From a virus (lineage: Duplodnaviria > Caudoviricetes): 64,000 nucleotides of DNA. A model generated the notes under the pieces. That model saw only the letters and a list, made by a program, of their open reading frames with translations. It was not told the DNA's origin and searched no databases. Of this stretch, positions 20,579 through 28,414 are shown one piece after another. Within the stretch, counting starts at the first letter, position 1, and the number at the start of each line of letters is the position of its first letter. Both the position numbers and the translations under genes were made by a program. The stretch is taken from IMG/VR virus record IMGVR_UViG_3300031509_000001, positions 2,136-66,135 of that record. One strand, 5' to 3'.

Positions 20579-20607
20579 TTTATACACGTGCGCGCACTTC
20601 TTGTCAA
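20579..20607 (-). promoter_or_regulatory. sigma70-type promoter of the leftward operon
   Basis: Minus strand TTGACA-N17-TATAAA; leader hairpin CAGTCTTGCG/CGCAAGACTG at 20544-20573. Confidence 0.75.
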
Positions 20608-21064
20608 CACCTGTTTTTGCGCTGTCAAGTGCCGAACGTTGCTAGTCAGCAACACGGGTCAAAAGTTGTTTTTATCGCCAAATTGGCACAAAACATGCTT
20701 GCAGTGGCTTGAAACCTCTGAGCGGTTGACAGCAAGCCGCAATTTGCGTGAGTATGCATCAGCGGCTGGCCAGGAGAAAAGATGCTGGCGGTTCGATCAG
20801 AGGCGTTACCGCAGACCGCGTGCGGGTGAACCCATGCGCAAGGCCGCCAGAAGCCGCGGAATCGCCCTGCCAGCCGCCTTAGTCCTCAAGGGGACACACC
20901 ATAGCCGACGCCAAAGAAAATCGATCCTAGGCCGTTTTAAAGCGATTGCAGGGGCATTCTGAATCTTGAGCCCGCCGCAACCACCAACAGCAGTGCGCCG
21001 TCGTACATGCCAAAGCCCAACCTTGCTAGTAAGCCCAACTTCGCAAAGCCTCGCACAAGACCCC

Positions 21065-21092
21065 TTGACAAGACAGAAGCAATGCCTATACT
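21065..21092 (+). promoter_or_regulatory. sigma70-type promoter of ncRNA copy A
   Basis: TTGACA-N16-TATACT with no credible ORF in the next ~900 nt. Confidence 0.75.
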
Positions 21093-21097
21093 GCCCC

Positions 21098-21625
21098 TCA
21101 GTCAGGCAGCAGACTGTGCCTGGTCAGATGACTCCGCGTCCGAGAGTTGATATCGGCGTTCTCAAGCACCAGCACAGTCGATCCGGTGTCCAACACCGGC
21201 CAGAGCGGTGAGTGCGGGGATAGCCCAACGCCGCTAGCCACTCTGCGGTTGCCAGACCAAGCCCGGAAGCGGGATGGCCATGCCGGGCAGCGTGGGCCGA
21301 AAGGTCAGAGCGCGGCTGGGAGAGGGTGGCGGCCCTCTGAGAGTCTGACCAACCGTGGACCCCGCCAGGACCCACGGGCTGCACGGTCCCCACGACCGTA
21401 GGGCGAGGCGAGGGGCCAGACGCGATCTGGGTATCCAAAGCCTGCCCTTGAGCAGCATACAGGCGAACCTTAGAGCCTAGTTCATAAAACCGCAGGCCCT
21501 AGGGGATGGGCCTATGCTGCCCAAGGGCGGGCTCAGGTACCTCCGCGATCTGGGCATCCTTAGTTTCAGAGTAGCCTACCTTGTAGATTAAGGAGCACGT
21601 AATTTAAGGAGTACGTAATTCAAGG
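21098..21625 (+). ncRNA. large structured ncRNA candidate, copy A (family not recognised)
   Basis: About ten hairpins plus sequence blocks and compensatory changes shared with copy B at 28415-29063; boundaries approximate. Confidence 0.7.
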
Positions 21626-22001
21626 AAGTCCTTGGAAATCCTCAAAGCTGAAGATCCATTCTTCTCAGTTGATCTCAACCCTGCTCAAAACTTTAGCATC
21701 AAGTCTAAGGGAATAAAACACAGGCGCCGGCTTAATCGCTGACTCACACGAACAAGCCGCAAGCGCACACAAAACAAGCTCTCTAGACTCAACGCATCGC
21801 AAGTGCAGAGAAAACACACGCTAGGCCGCAATCTTTTGATACCGCAATGCACAAGTCCAAGGGAAACACAAATTTTCACTCTACCCCGCAGGCTTGAACG
21901 TGGCTGGCGCGCGCTTAAACGCACGCAGTCATAATCCGACTGAAGGTTTTAGCCATCGCTGGCATAAACATTTGGCGCTATAGGGGCAAAAAGAAAGGCG
22001 C

Positions 22002-22030
22002 TTGACATTGCGCAACGCATTGCGTAAACT
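22002..22030 (+). promoter_or_regulatory. sigma70-type early promoter
   Basis: TTGACA-N17-TAAACT just upstream of ATG 22040. Confidence 0.7.
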
Positions 22031-22039
22031 TTATGCCGT

Positions 22040-23503
22040 ATGATGAATGCGCAAGAATTGATCAAGGCAGCATGGACAGCCAGGGCTCCATTAATCTGGC
22101 TTCAGGCACCAGACACATTAGAGGCGTTAGACTACACTGTTGCCGCCGTAACCAACGGCGCCAAACCACCAAAGACTTGGACGTGGTCGCCTGTCACAGG
22201 ATGGGACAAAGGCAGGAAGGAACCACCTTCTCTCAATCCAACTGATGCGATACTTGAGATTGCTGAAGCGCCACAGGAAAGGACACTCTACGTGGCCAAC
22301 CGCCTTGGTGAAGGCCTTCAAAATGATGTTCCCTTTGCCGCTGCGTGTCAGCTTGCCAGAAGGAAACTGGCCGCCGTAGGTTCAACGCTGGTGTTTGTGG
22401 TGCCAAGCGGCACCTTGCCGCCGCCTTCTATTGCCGCCGATTTCATCCAAGTTTCCCTGCCATTGCCTGACGACAATACATCTACACAATTGGCGCAAGC
22501 CGTTGTAAATGATTACTTTGCATCGTCTCAAATAGCCAAAGAGTCTGGGCTCCAACCCGACAAGATTGTTCAAAATCTAACGCCCTACCTGCGTGGATTA
22601 ACACGCTTTGGCGTTGAACAAGTTGCCGCCGTTGCCGCGGTTGCATCAGCAAGGTCAAAGCAAATCGATATGGCCGCGGCACAAATCGCCAGGGCTCAAA
22701 TGTTGGCTACCGCAGGGCTCCGTGTGATCCAGCCAGAGCCAGTTGAACTTCCTGGCTTGGAAGGATTGACCGACTGGATCAGCCGCTTTCCGGTTCAAGC
22801 GGTTGTATGGATGGACGAAATCGAGAAGGCCATTGCCGGCTATGGGCTTGCTGGAAGGGGCGACAGCTCCGGCGTTACGCAGGATCAGCTTTCCGTGATC
22901 CTAACGACAATGCAAGAGTACAGGATGTTCGGTCTAATCCTAGTCGGCCCACCAGGCACAGGCAAAAGTGAATCGGCGAAACAAGCCGGCCTACGCCTTG
23001 GCGTGCCAGTCGTGCAACTCGACCTTGGAAGTCTGAAGGGTTCATACGTAGGTGAATCCGAACAACGTGTCCGCAGAGCCATGGCCGCAATTGCTGGGCT
23101 TGGACGCGTGATGGTGATTGCAACGTCCAACGGGATTGATTCAGTCCCACCAGAATTAAGACGTAGGTTCGCTCTTGGAACCTGGTTTTGCGACTTGCCA
23201 GACACAATGGACCGCGCTAAAATCTGGGCTGTGTGGGGCTGGAAGTGCAAAATCGACGACAATTGGACCGACTTGGCCGCGGCTAGTGAAGGATACGCAG
23301 GTAGTGACATTGCAATGGCTTGCACCATCGCATCAGCCACAGGCCGCCCCATCCGTGAAGTGATGGAAAGAATCACGCCAGTCGGCGTTGTGGCCGCCGA
23401 ACTGCGTGCAAGACTTCAACAGGCCGCCGCAGGCCGTTGGCTTTCCGCTAAAACGGGCAAAGTTTGCCCGTTAACACCGCAAACAAGGAAATTCACCGAC
23501 TGA
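22040..23503 (+). CDS. Ycf46-like AAA+ ATPase with rearranged motif order
   Basis: VWMDEIEK, GDSSGV, GPPGTGKS, LDLGSLKGSYVGESE, IATSN, PPELRRRF, FCDLP, GYAGSDI. Confidence 0.9.
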   Translation: MMNAQELIKAAWTARAPLIWLQAPDTLEALDYTVAAVTNGAKPPKTWTWSPVTGWDKGRKEPPSLNPTDAILEIAEAPQERTLYVANRLGEGLQNDVPFAAACQLARRKLAAVGSTLVFVVPSGTLPPPSIAADFIQVSLPLPDDNTSTQLAQAVVNDYFASSQIAKESGLQPDKIVQNLTPYLRGLTRFGVEQVAAVAAVASARSKQIDMAAAQIARAQMLATAGLRVIQPEPVELPGLEGLTDWISRFPVQAVVWMDEIEKAIAGYGLAGRGDSSGVTQDQLSVILTTMQEYRMFGLILVGPPGTGKSESAKQAGLRLGVPVVQLDLGSLKGSYVGESEQRVRRAMAAIAGLGRVMVIATSNGIDSVPPELRRRFALGTWFCDLPDTMDRAKIWAVWGWKCKIDDNWTDLAAASEGYAGSDIAMACTIASATGRPIREVMERITPVGVVAAELRARLQQAAAGRWLSAKTGKVCPLTPQTRKFTD

Positions 23504-23522
23504 TCAATGGGGGAACGGAACC

Positions 23523-23804
23523 ATGCCTTGCTGGACAAGAATCGAGATTAAGCTTGCCCTTAAGTGGCCAGCTAAACACGTCACCGCCGCAGTTGCCCGC
23601 CTCAAGGGCTGGCAGAACAAAGGCGGAAAGTGGGTACATCAGGATGGGACTACGCTGAACGTTGACGGCGAAACCGCCACACTAGTCGGCGCCAATCCAA
23701 AGGCCCATGTCCGGTCAATCGCCACAGAAATTGTTCGGCAACAGGCCCTTAGGTACGGATGGAAGGTCCAGTCAACACCACAGGGATTGAGGATAACGAA
23801 ATGA
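23523..23804 (+). CDS. small protein, possibly DUF1257 (Ycf35)-like
   Basis: Follows the Ycf46-like ATPase; C-terminal IVRQQALRYGWKV fits the family pattern. Confidence 0.5.
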   Translation: MPCWTRIEIKLALKWPAKHVTAAVARLKGWQNKGGKWVHQDGTTLNVDGETATLVGANPKAHVRSIATEIVRQQALRYGWKVQSTPQGLRITK

Positions 23805-23983
23805 ATGCTACTAGGAAAAACCACCGTTGGACTTGGCTCCGCGTTGACAGCATTGGCACACACGTATGGCGTTGCCAGAAGTGCGGATTGGTCAAATACG
23901 TGGCCATTATCAAGAACCGCAGTGTCACGTGGTACAACGTTAACAACACCATTAGCCAGCAAAGGCCAAATTGCGTCTTATGA
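23801..23983 (+). CDS. small Zn-ribbon protein
   Basis: HRW...CQKCG...PNC; ATGA overlaps at both ends. Confidence 0.55.
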   Translation: MNATRKNHRWTWLRVDSIGTHVWRCQKCGLVKYVAIIKNRSVTWYNVNNTISQQRPNCVL

Positions 23984-24198
23984 AGAATACCATTGATATC
24001 ACAATCACCGAGGACGGGCGCGTCATCATCAGAACGTCGAGCATTGCATCGGCCGACCACCTTGCGGCCGAACGTATGCTAGCTGAACTACCAGCTTTGC
24101 TTGGTTCAGAGTCGGTACAACGGAGCCGATTGCCTAGCCAGGCACAACACCAACACCATCATCACCAACACCATGACCATGAGCACCACGAACACTGA
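23980..24198 (+). CDS. DUF2997-like small protein with His-rich tail
   Basis: IDITITEDGRVII...LPALLG; C-terminus HQHHHHQHHDHEHHEH. Confidence 0.55.
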   Translation: MKNTIDITITEDGRVIIRTSSIASADHLAAERMLAELPALLGSESVQRSRLPSQAQHQHHHHQHHDHEHHEH

Positions 24199-24202
24199 AA
24201 CC

Positions 24203-25069
24203 ATGACAAACACCATGACCACAACAAAAGCCCCTACGATCACGGTTCGGCCAGATACCGTCTGTGTCTCTGTGTCCGCAAGCGCTTGGTCCAGAATCCG
24301 CACCATTAACCATACCGCACTTGCGGATGCGCTTGCGGCTCAACGCGATACAGAGTTAATCCAAGGCCGTGTCTGTATCGCTAGATCAGCGACAATCGAC
24401 AAGATCGAAAGCTTGCTCCGCAACACGCGTGCTAACGCGTTGATGTACGCGGTTCGTGCCCCAACGCTAAGGCTCTACCTGGCCAAGGAAGGCGTTATCC
24501 CGCGTATCCAAGACATTGTCCAGCAAGGACTTGCGGAGTTGCGTGTCCTTCTTCAGGAACTTGCTGAAGAATGGCCTGCTATCGTCGATTCTGCACGCGC
24601 ACCAATCTCTGATGGCGGCCTTGGCGAACTGTTCCGGCCAGAATGGTACCCTACCAAAGATGAAATTGTCACTTCCTACGGCCTACGTATGGACGTCATC
24701 AAGGTCACCATGACCACAGACGTTCTCGAGAAGGTTGCCAAAGAGGCCAGAGATGAATTGCGCTCCGCTTTCGTTGCCCTAGTCCAAGGGCTGATCGAAC
24801 GGCTCGAAACCGGCCAACGTCTACGTTCAGACACGTTCGACGCGCTACGCCAGTTTGTGGCCACGTTCAACGCACGTGACGTAGTTGGGGATTCAGAGCT
24901 AGCGACTCTGGTTAACCAAGCCAAGGCCGCACTTCAAATTGTGCCTGCCAAAGTCTCTGGCAAGGACGTTGACATGCGCACTACCGTTGCCGGCTTGCTG
25001 AAAGCCGTTGAACAACAGGCCGTTAGCTTGGTCACGCCAGAACGTTCGTTCGGTAGCGATGACGAATAG
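24203..25069 (+). CDS. DUF3150-like early protein
   Basis: VSVSASAWS...LGELFRPEWYPTKDEI...F..FNARDVVGDSEL pattern. Confidence 0.55.
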   Translation: MTNTMTTTKAPTITVRPDTVCVSVSASAWSRIRTINHTALADALAAQRDTELIQGRVCIARSATIDKIESLLRNTRANALMYAVRAPTLRLYLAKEGVIPRIQDIVQQGLAELRVLLQELAEEWPAIVDSARAPISDGGLGELFRPEWYPTKDEIVTSYGLRMDVIKVTMTTDVLEKVAKEARDELRSAFVALVQGLIERLETGQRLRSDTFDALRQFVATFNARDVVGDSELATLVNQAKAALQIVPAKVSGKDVDMRTTVAGLLKAVEQQAVSLVTPERSFGSDDE

Positions 25070-25286
25070 CACCTTCAAATTCTTCTTGCGCGAAAAGAAC
25101 CGCGCCATTGCCGCTGGTCCAATAGCTACCTTGGACGTGTATGGCCACAACGGCAATCAACCGAAATACACCATTGTCGTACGCACCTACGGCGAAACCA
25201 TGTCCGTAGAGCTATGGCGTGGATTACACCGGCTGGCAATTGATAGTTCAAGCCTAGCTCCGTCACAGCCACAGCCAGCACACTAA
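25059..25286 (+). CDS. hypothetical early protein
   Basis: Overlaps the end of the previous gene. Confidence 0.5.
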   Translation: MTNSTFKFFLREKNRAIAAGPIATLDVYGHNGNQPKYTIVVRTYGETMSVELWRGLHRLAIDSSSLAPSQPQPAH

Positions 25287-25362
25287 ACCCTAACCAGCTC
25301 TGCGTTGAGCGTCCAATCCGTTAACGCAGAGCAACGCAGAGCGACATACACCACCAACACCT

Positions 25363-25611
25363 ATGAAAGCTTTTGTCTATTGCAAGATTATCGGTCCAGG
25401 CAATCAGGATGCGCGTTTAGTGTTAGCACGCGCCAAAGGCGGTTCCTGGGACTGGGTGGATATTGGCCAAAACCCAGAGAAATGGCTTGGTGTAAATGCT
25501 TCAACGCCAGGTGAAGCCGTAGACGCATTGATGGAAGCACTTTCAGCCGTAGCAGCGTCTATTGCGAACTTCCAGGCCAAATGCAAGAGCCAGGAAGCGC
25601 GCAACAATTGA
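25363..25611 (+). CDS. hypothetical early protein
   Basis: 82 aa ATG ORF with protein-like composition. Confidence 0.55.
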   Translation: MKAFVYCKIIGPGNQDARLVLARAKGGSWDWVDIGQNPEKWLGVNASTPGEAVDALMEALSAVAASIANFQAKCKSQEARNN

Positions 25612-25724
25612 CGCCTTCCATAGGCGCACCAAAGGAAAGTCTAGAGAATCTACACAACACCCGTCACGTCAACGCCAACATCAGCAGCCACAAGGCAAAC
25701 ACCTTGTGGCTGTTCGCTTTCCGC

Positions 25725-25752
25725 TTGCATTTTGTGCGCTGCGGTGCATAAT
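25725..25752 (+). promoter_or_regulatory. possible sigma70 promoter
   Basis: TTGCAT-N16-CATAAT; ATG at 25760. Confidence 0.45.
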
Positions 25753-25759
25753 GAGCGGC

Positions 25760-25984
25760 ATGAAAAGGACATACTACATCGAGGCATGGACCGATTGTGG
25801 AGATTCTGAAATCTTCCAGTGTGAAGAGAAAGCTGTGCGCTGGCTGGTCAAAATGACCAGACATGGCGGCAGTGGCTGGTGCCTAGTACATGAACACCCC
25901 TACATGGAAGACGATTGCGCTTGCGCGCAATACGTAGATGACTACAACCCGCAAGTGGTCAACGGAAAGATCAACCGCTATTGA
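25760..25984 (+). CDS. hypothetical early protein
   Basis: MKRTYYIEAW...HEH...CACAQY. Confidence 0.6.
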   Translation: MKRTYYIEAWTDCGDSEIFQCEEKAVRWLVKMTRHGGSGWCLVHEHPYMEDDCACAQYVDDYNPQVVNGKINRY

Positions 25985-26000
25985 AAGAGAAAGAAAGCAT

Positions 26001-26231
26001 ATGGCACGGCTCATCGCAGGCATCCAGGCGTGGAAAGGCGCCGGCAAGTCTGAAGTGACGCGCCTTGCTTCTCAAGAAGCCTCAGTCTGGCTCCGTGGCT
26101 GGCGTGGCGGCGTCACAGTGTGCGCTTTCTACGAGCCCCTAGGGAACATTAGGTTCAAGGTTTTCCGTGACCTTGGATCAACTTCACCAGGAAGTCGTTC
26201 CCTCATAGCGGAATTTGTCGTTCCGGAATAA
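26001..26231 (+). CDS. small conserved-looking phage protein
   Basis: MARLIAGIQ...VTRL...GWRGGVTV...FKVF..GS; purine-rich leader. Confidence 0.6.
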   Translation: MARLIAGIQAWKGAGKSEVTRLASQEASVWLRGWRGGVTVCAFYEPLGNIRFKVFRDLGSTSPGSRSLIAEFVVPE

Positions 26232-26306
26232 CTCCAACCCTTGCTGGCATTCTTCCCAGCCAGCCAGCAAGGGAAACCAACGGCTGGGAAAGAAAGGAAA
26301 GAAACC

Positions 26307-26693
26307 ATGAGTATGATGACTACTAGCATTGTTGGACGCTGGGCGGGCATCAAGTCTGCCGTTAAATCAGAAGCAACCCGCGTCTTGGAAGAATATTCCA
26401 GGGCAAAACGGCGGGCCCAAGCCATTTGTGGTCAAGACATTGCCACACTGGCTAGGCTATGTCTTGGCAGCAAGTGCAATGTTGCTGTGTTCATAGTCAA
26501 CGATGACCAACACAAGGCCGACATCGAGATTGAATTTCAGGAGCCATTTTACGGTGTCCGCGCCTTTCGGCCAGCCAGTGCCATCACACAGGAGCATTGG
26601 CCTGGGGAAATCGAGAGCTGGCAACAAGCCGTAGAGATCCTTAGGTCCACGGGTGAAGAGGAAATTCTTTCAGCCTGGGAACGCGAAACTTGA
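26307..26693 (+). CDS. hypothetical protein, paralog 1
   Basis: AAGGA RBS; aligns with 26982-27347. Confidence 0.75.
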   Translation: MSMMTTSIVGRWAGIKSAVKSEATRVLEEYSRAKRRAQAICGQDIATLARLCLGSKCNVAVFIVNDDQHKADIEIEFQEPFYGVRAFRPASAITQEHWPGEIESWQQAVEILRSTGEEEILSAWERET

Positions 26694-26720
26694 CGTTCCC
26701 AAACGCTAGCCTGTGTCCCG

Positions 26721-26754
26721 CCCCTAGGCCAAAAGCCTAGGGGATTTTGTTTTC
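26721..26754 (+). terminator. intrinsic terminator
   Basis: CCCCTAGGC-CAAAA-GCCTAGGGG followed by ATTTTGTTTT. Confidence 0.8.
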
Positions 26755-26868
26755 CGGAAAGCCAAGGGAAAAGAAAGGCCAGAGGAAAGCCAGAAAGCCA
26801 GTCCGCCAACCCGCCAACGCACCAGCCAACACCAACAGCGCGTTGTGCCTTCCACTTCATAAATCCGC

Positions 26869-26896
26869 TTGCGCGAAAACGCGGATTGTGTAGAAT
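26869..26896 (+). promoter_or_regulatory. possible sigma70 promoter of paralog 2
   Basis: TTGCGC-N16-TAGAAT. Confidence 0.5.
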
Positions 26897-26981
26897 AGGC
26901 ATCGCTGGCCTATGGTTGGCCAGTGGCTGCTACCTTCCGGTCGGGTGGCAGTGGGACAAAATGGCCGGGTTTGGAGGACAA

Positions 26982-27347
26982 ATGGGCGCATCTGTCCGCT
27001 GGGCGGCGCTTAAACGCGCCGTCCAGCAAGAGAGCGCCCGGGTCCTCTCAGAGTATGAGAGGGCCTGGGCGCGCGTCCTGGCCGAATGCGGCCAGGACAT
27101 CAGTCACAGGGTACCCCTGCCCCTGGGCAGGGGTGTCGCCCTATGGTATGAGCACGACGACGGCGGGTACAAACCCGCCGTCAAGGCCATTGTTGGGGGC
27201 GAGCCGCCCCTAACAATAGTCAAGTTGTCCCTGGCCGAACATTGGCCAGGGAGGCTTGCTGACTGGGAAGCCGTATTGGCTTCCCTTGTCTCCGTCACCG
27301 CCGAGACGATTGTCTCGGCGTGGGAACGGAAGGAGGAGGAGGCCTAG
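26982..27347 (+). CDS. hypothetical protein, paralog 2
   Basis: GGAGG RBS; shares RWA..K.AV..E..RVL.EY.RA, CGQDI, EHWPG and SAWER with paralog 1. Confidence 0.75.
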   Translation: MGASVRWAALKRAVQQESARVLSEYERAWARVLAECGQDISHRVPLPLGRGVALWYEHDDGGYKPAVKAIVGGEPPLTIVKLSLAEHWPGRLADWEAVLASLVSVTAETIVSAWERKEEEA

Positions 27348-27366
27348 GCCTCCTCCCCTCCATCAC

Positions 27367-27399
27367 ACCCCCAGGCGTTTGCCTGGGGGTTTTTGTTTT
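27367..27399 (+). terminator. intrinsic terminator
   Basis: ACCCCCAGGC-GTTT-GCCTGGGGGT followed by TTTTGTTTT. Confidence 0.85.
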
Positions 27400-27769
27400 C
27401 CCGGCGCCGCTTCCCTGGTCCGCCGATCTGCCTTTCCCTTATCTTGCCGGTCCGCGTCTGGTCCGCTGGTCCGGTCCGATCTTCTCGACCGTTTCGTTGC
27501 CGATCTTGGCGCCGATCTTGGCCTTTGGCCATGCTTTGGCCTTTGGCTTTGGCCAAGCTTCAAGCCATTTGCTGTTGCTGGACCTTGGACCTTTGGCCTT
27601 TTGGCCTTTTTGGTTTTGGTTTTTGGCTTTCGTTTTGTCGGTCGGCCGGCTCGACGGCTTGGCTGGCTGGACGCGCGCAGCGTGCGGGGGGGCGGGGTTT
27701 TGGCCGCGGGCAGGCGGCGGAGTGAGGGTAGTATACATCCCTTCTCGATCCGACGCCTTTCTGAGCTCT

Positions 27770-27872
27770 CGCGTTTAAGCTCGTTGTTGTCTTATGTTCT
27801 TCCCAATCTCTTGCGTTTCAACGTCTCTGACTGTCCGCGTTTAAGCCTTTCCCTCTGACATCGCGTTTAAGC
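27770..27872. repeat. three direct copies of CGCGTTTAAGC
   Basis: At 27770-27780, 27836-27846 and 27862-27872; inverted copies at 21913-21922 and 27008-27018. Confidence 0.8.
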
Positions 27873-28414
27873 AGGGCTGTTTGTTTAAGATGTTGCCTTT
27901 TGTGATGTTTGTGATGTGGCGAGGTTTTGTGTGAGCTCTGTGTTTTTCTATGCCTTACGTGTCGTTTTCGCGTTTATTTGACTTATAGGCGTGTTTGTTG
28001 AGGGAGGGCGCATGGAGGGTAGCGGGGCAGGTGAGAAAATCGATTGTAGGCGATTTTAGAGCGATTGTGAGGGTGTTTACGGTTAAGAGGTGAGAGGTGA
28101 GGTATGAGGTATGATGAGGTGTGAGTTCTGGTTGCTGTGTTGCTTCTTTCTTTCGTTGTGTGATGTTGTGTGATTGCGTTTTTGTGTGTGCGTTTTAGTT
28201 TTCGTTCTTTGTTCTGCGCGCGACTTTTTGAGGATTAAGCGACAACGAAGCGAAGTCTTCTCAAGCAATTGAGGCGTTTCTTGTACATTGTACGCCTCTC
28301 TTTCTTTTAACTACGAGCGTTGTTGTTTTCCTCTTTCAACGTTGTGTTGAACAAGGAGAGCCTCTTAGGTGTTGTAGTAAACGTAGCGTTTCTTTCAGTA
28401 GATGAGGTTCTATA

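Noticed and set aside
19934-20962. 342-aa ORF on +
   Set aside because: Mostly antisense to the annealing-protein gene and runs through promoter DNA; no RBS or motifs.
21124-21458. Short ORFs overlapping RNA copy A (and 28427-29044 in copy B)
   Set aside because: The shared core block differs by single-base indels and no reading frame is common to both copies; conservation follows base-pairing instead.
21589-21625. CRISPR-like repeat array
   Set aside because: Only two adjacent 16-mers with no spacers. No cas operon is present; the Cas4-like gene is a phage DUF2800 nuclease.
21098-21625. Group I/II intron, RNase P or tmRNA identity for the twin RNA
   Set aside because: No interrupted gene, no group II domain V, no RNase P GAGGAAAGUCC and no tRNA-like ends were recognised. 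An Infernal search is still needed.
27256-27858. Several ORFs in the TTTGGC low-complexity tract
   Set aside because: They lie across or after a strong terminator in skewed low-complexity DNA, and the translations are compositional artefacts.
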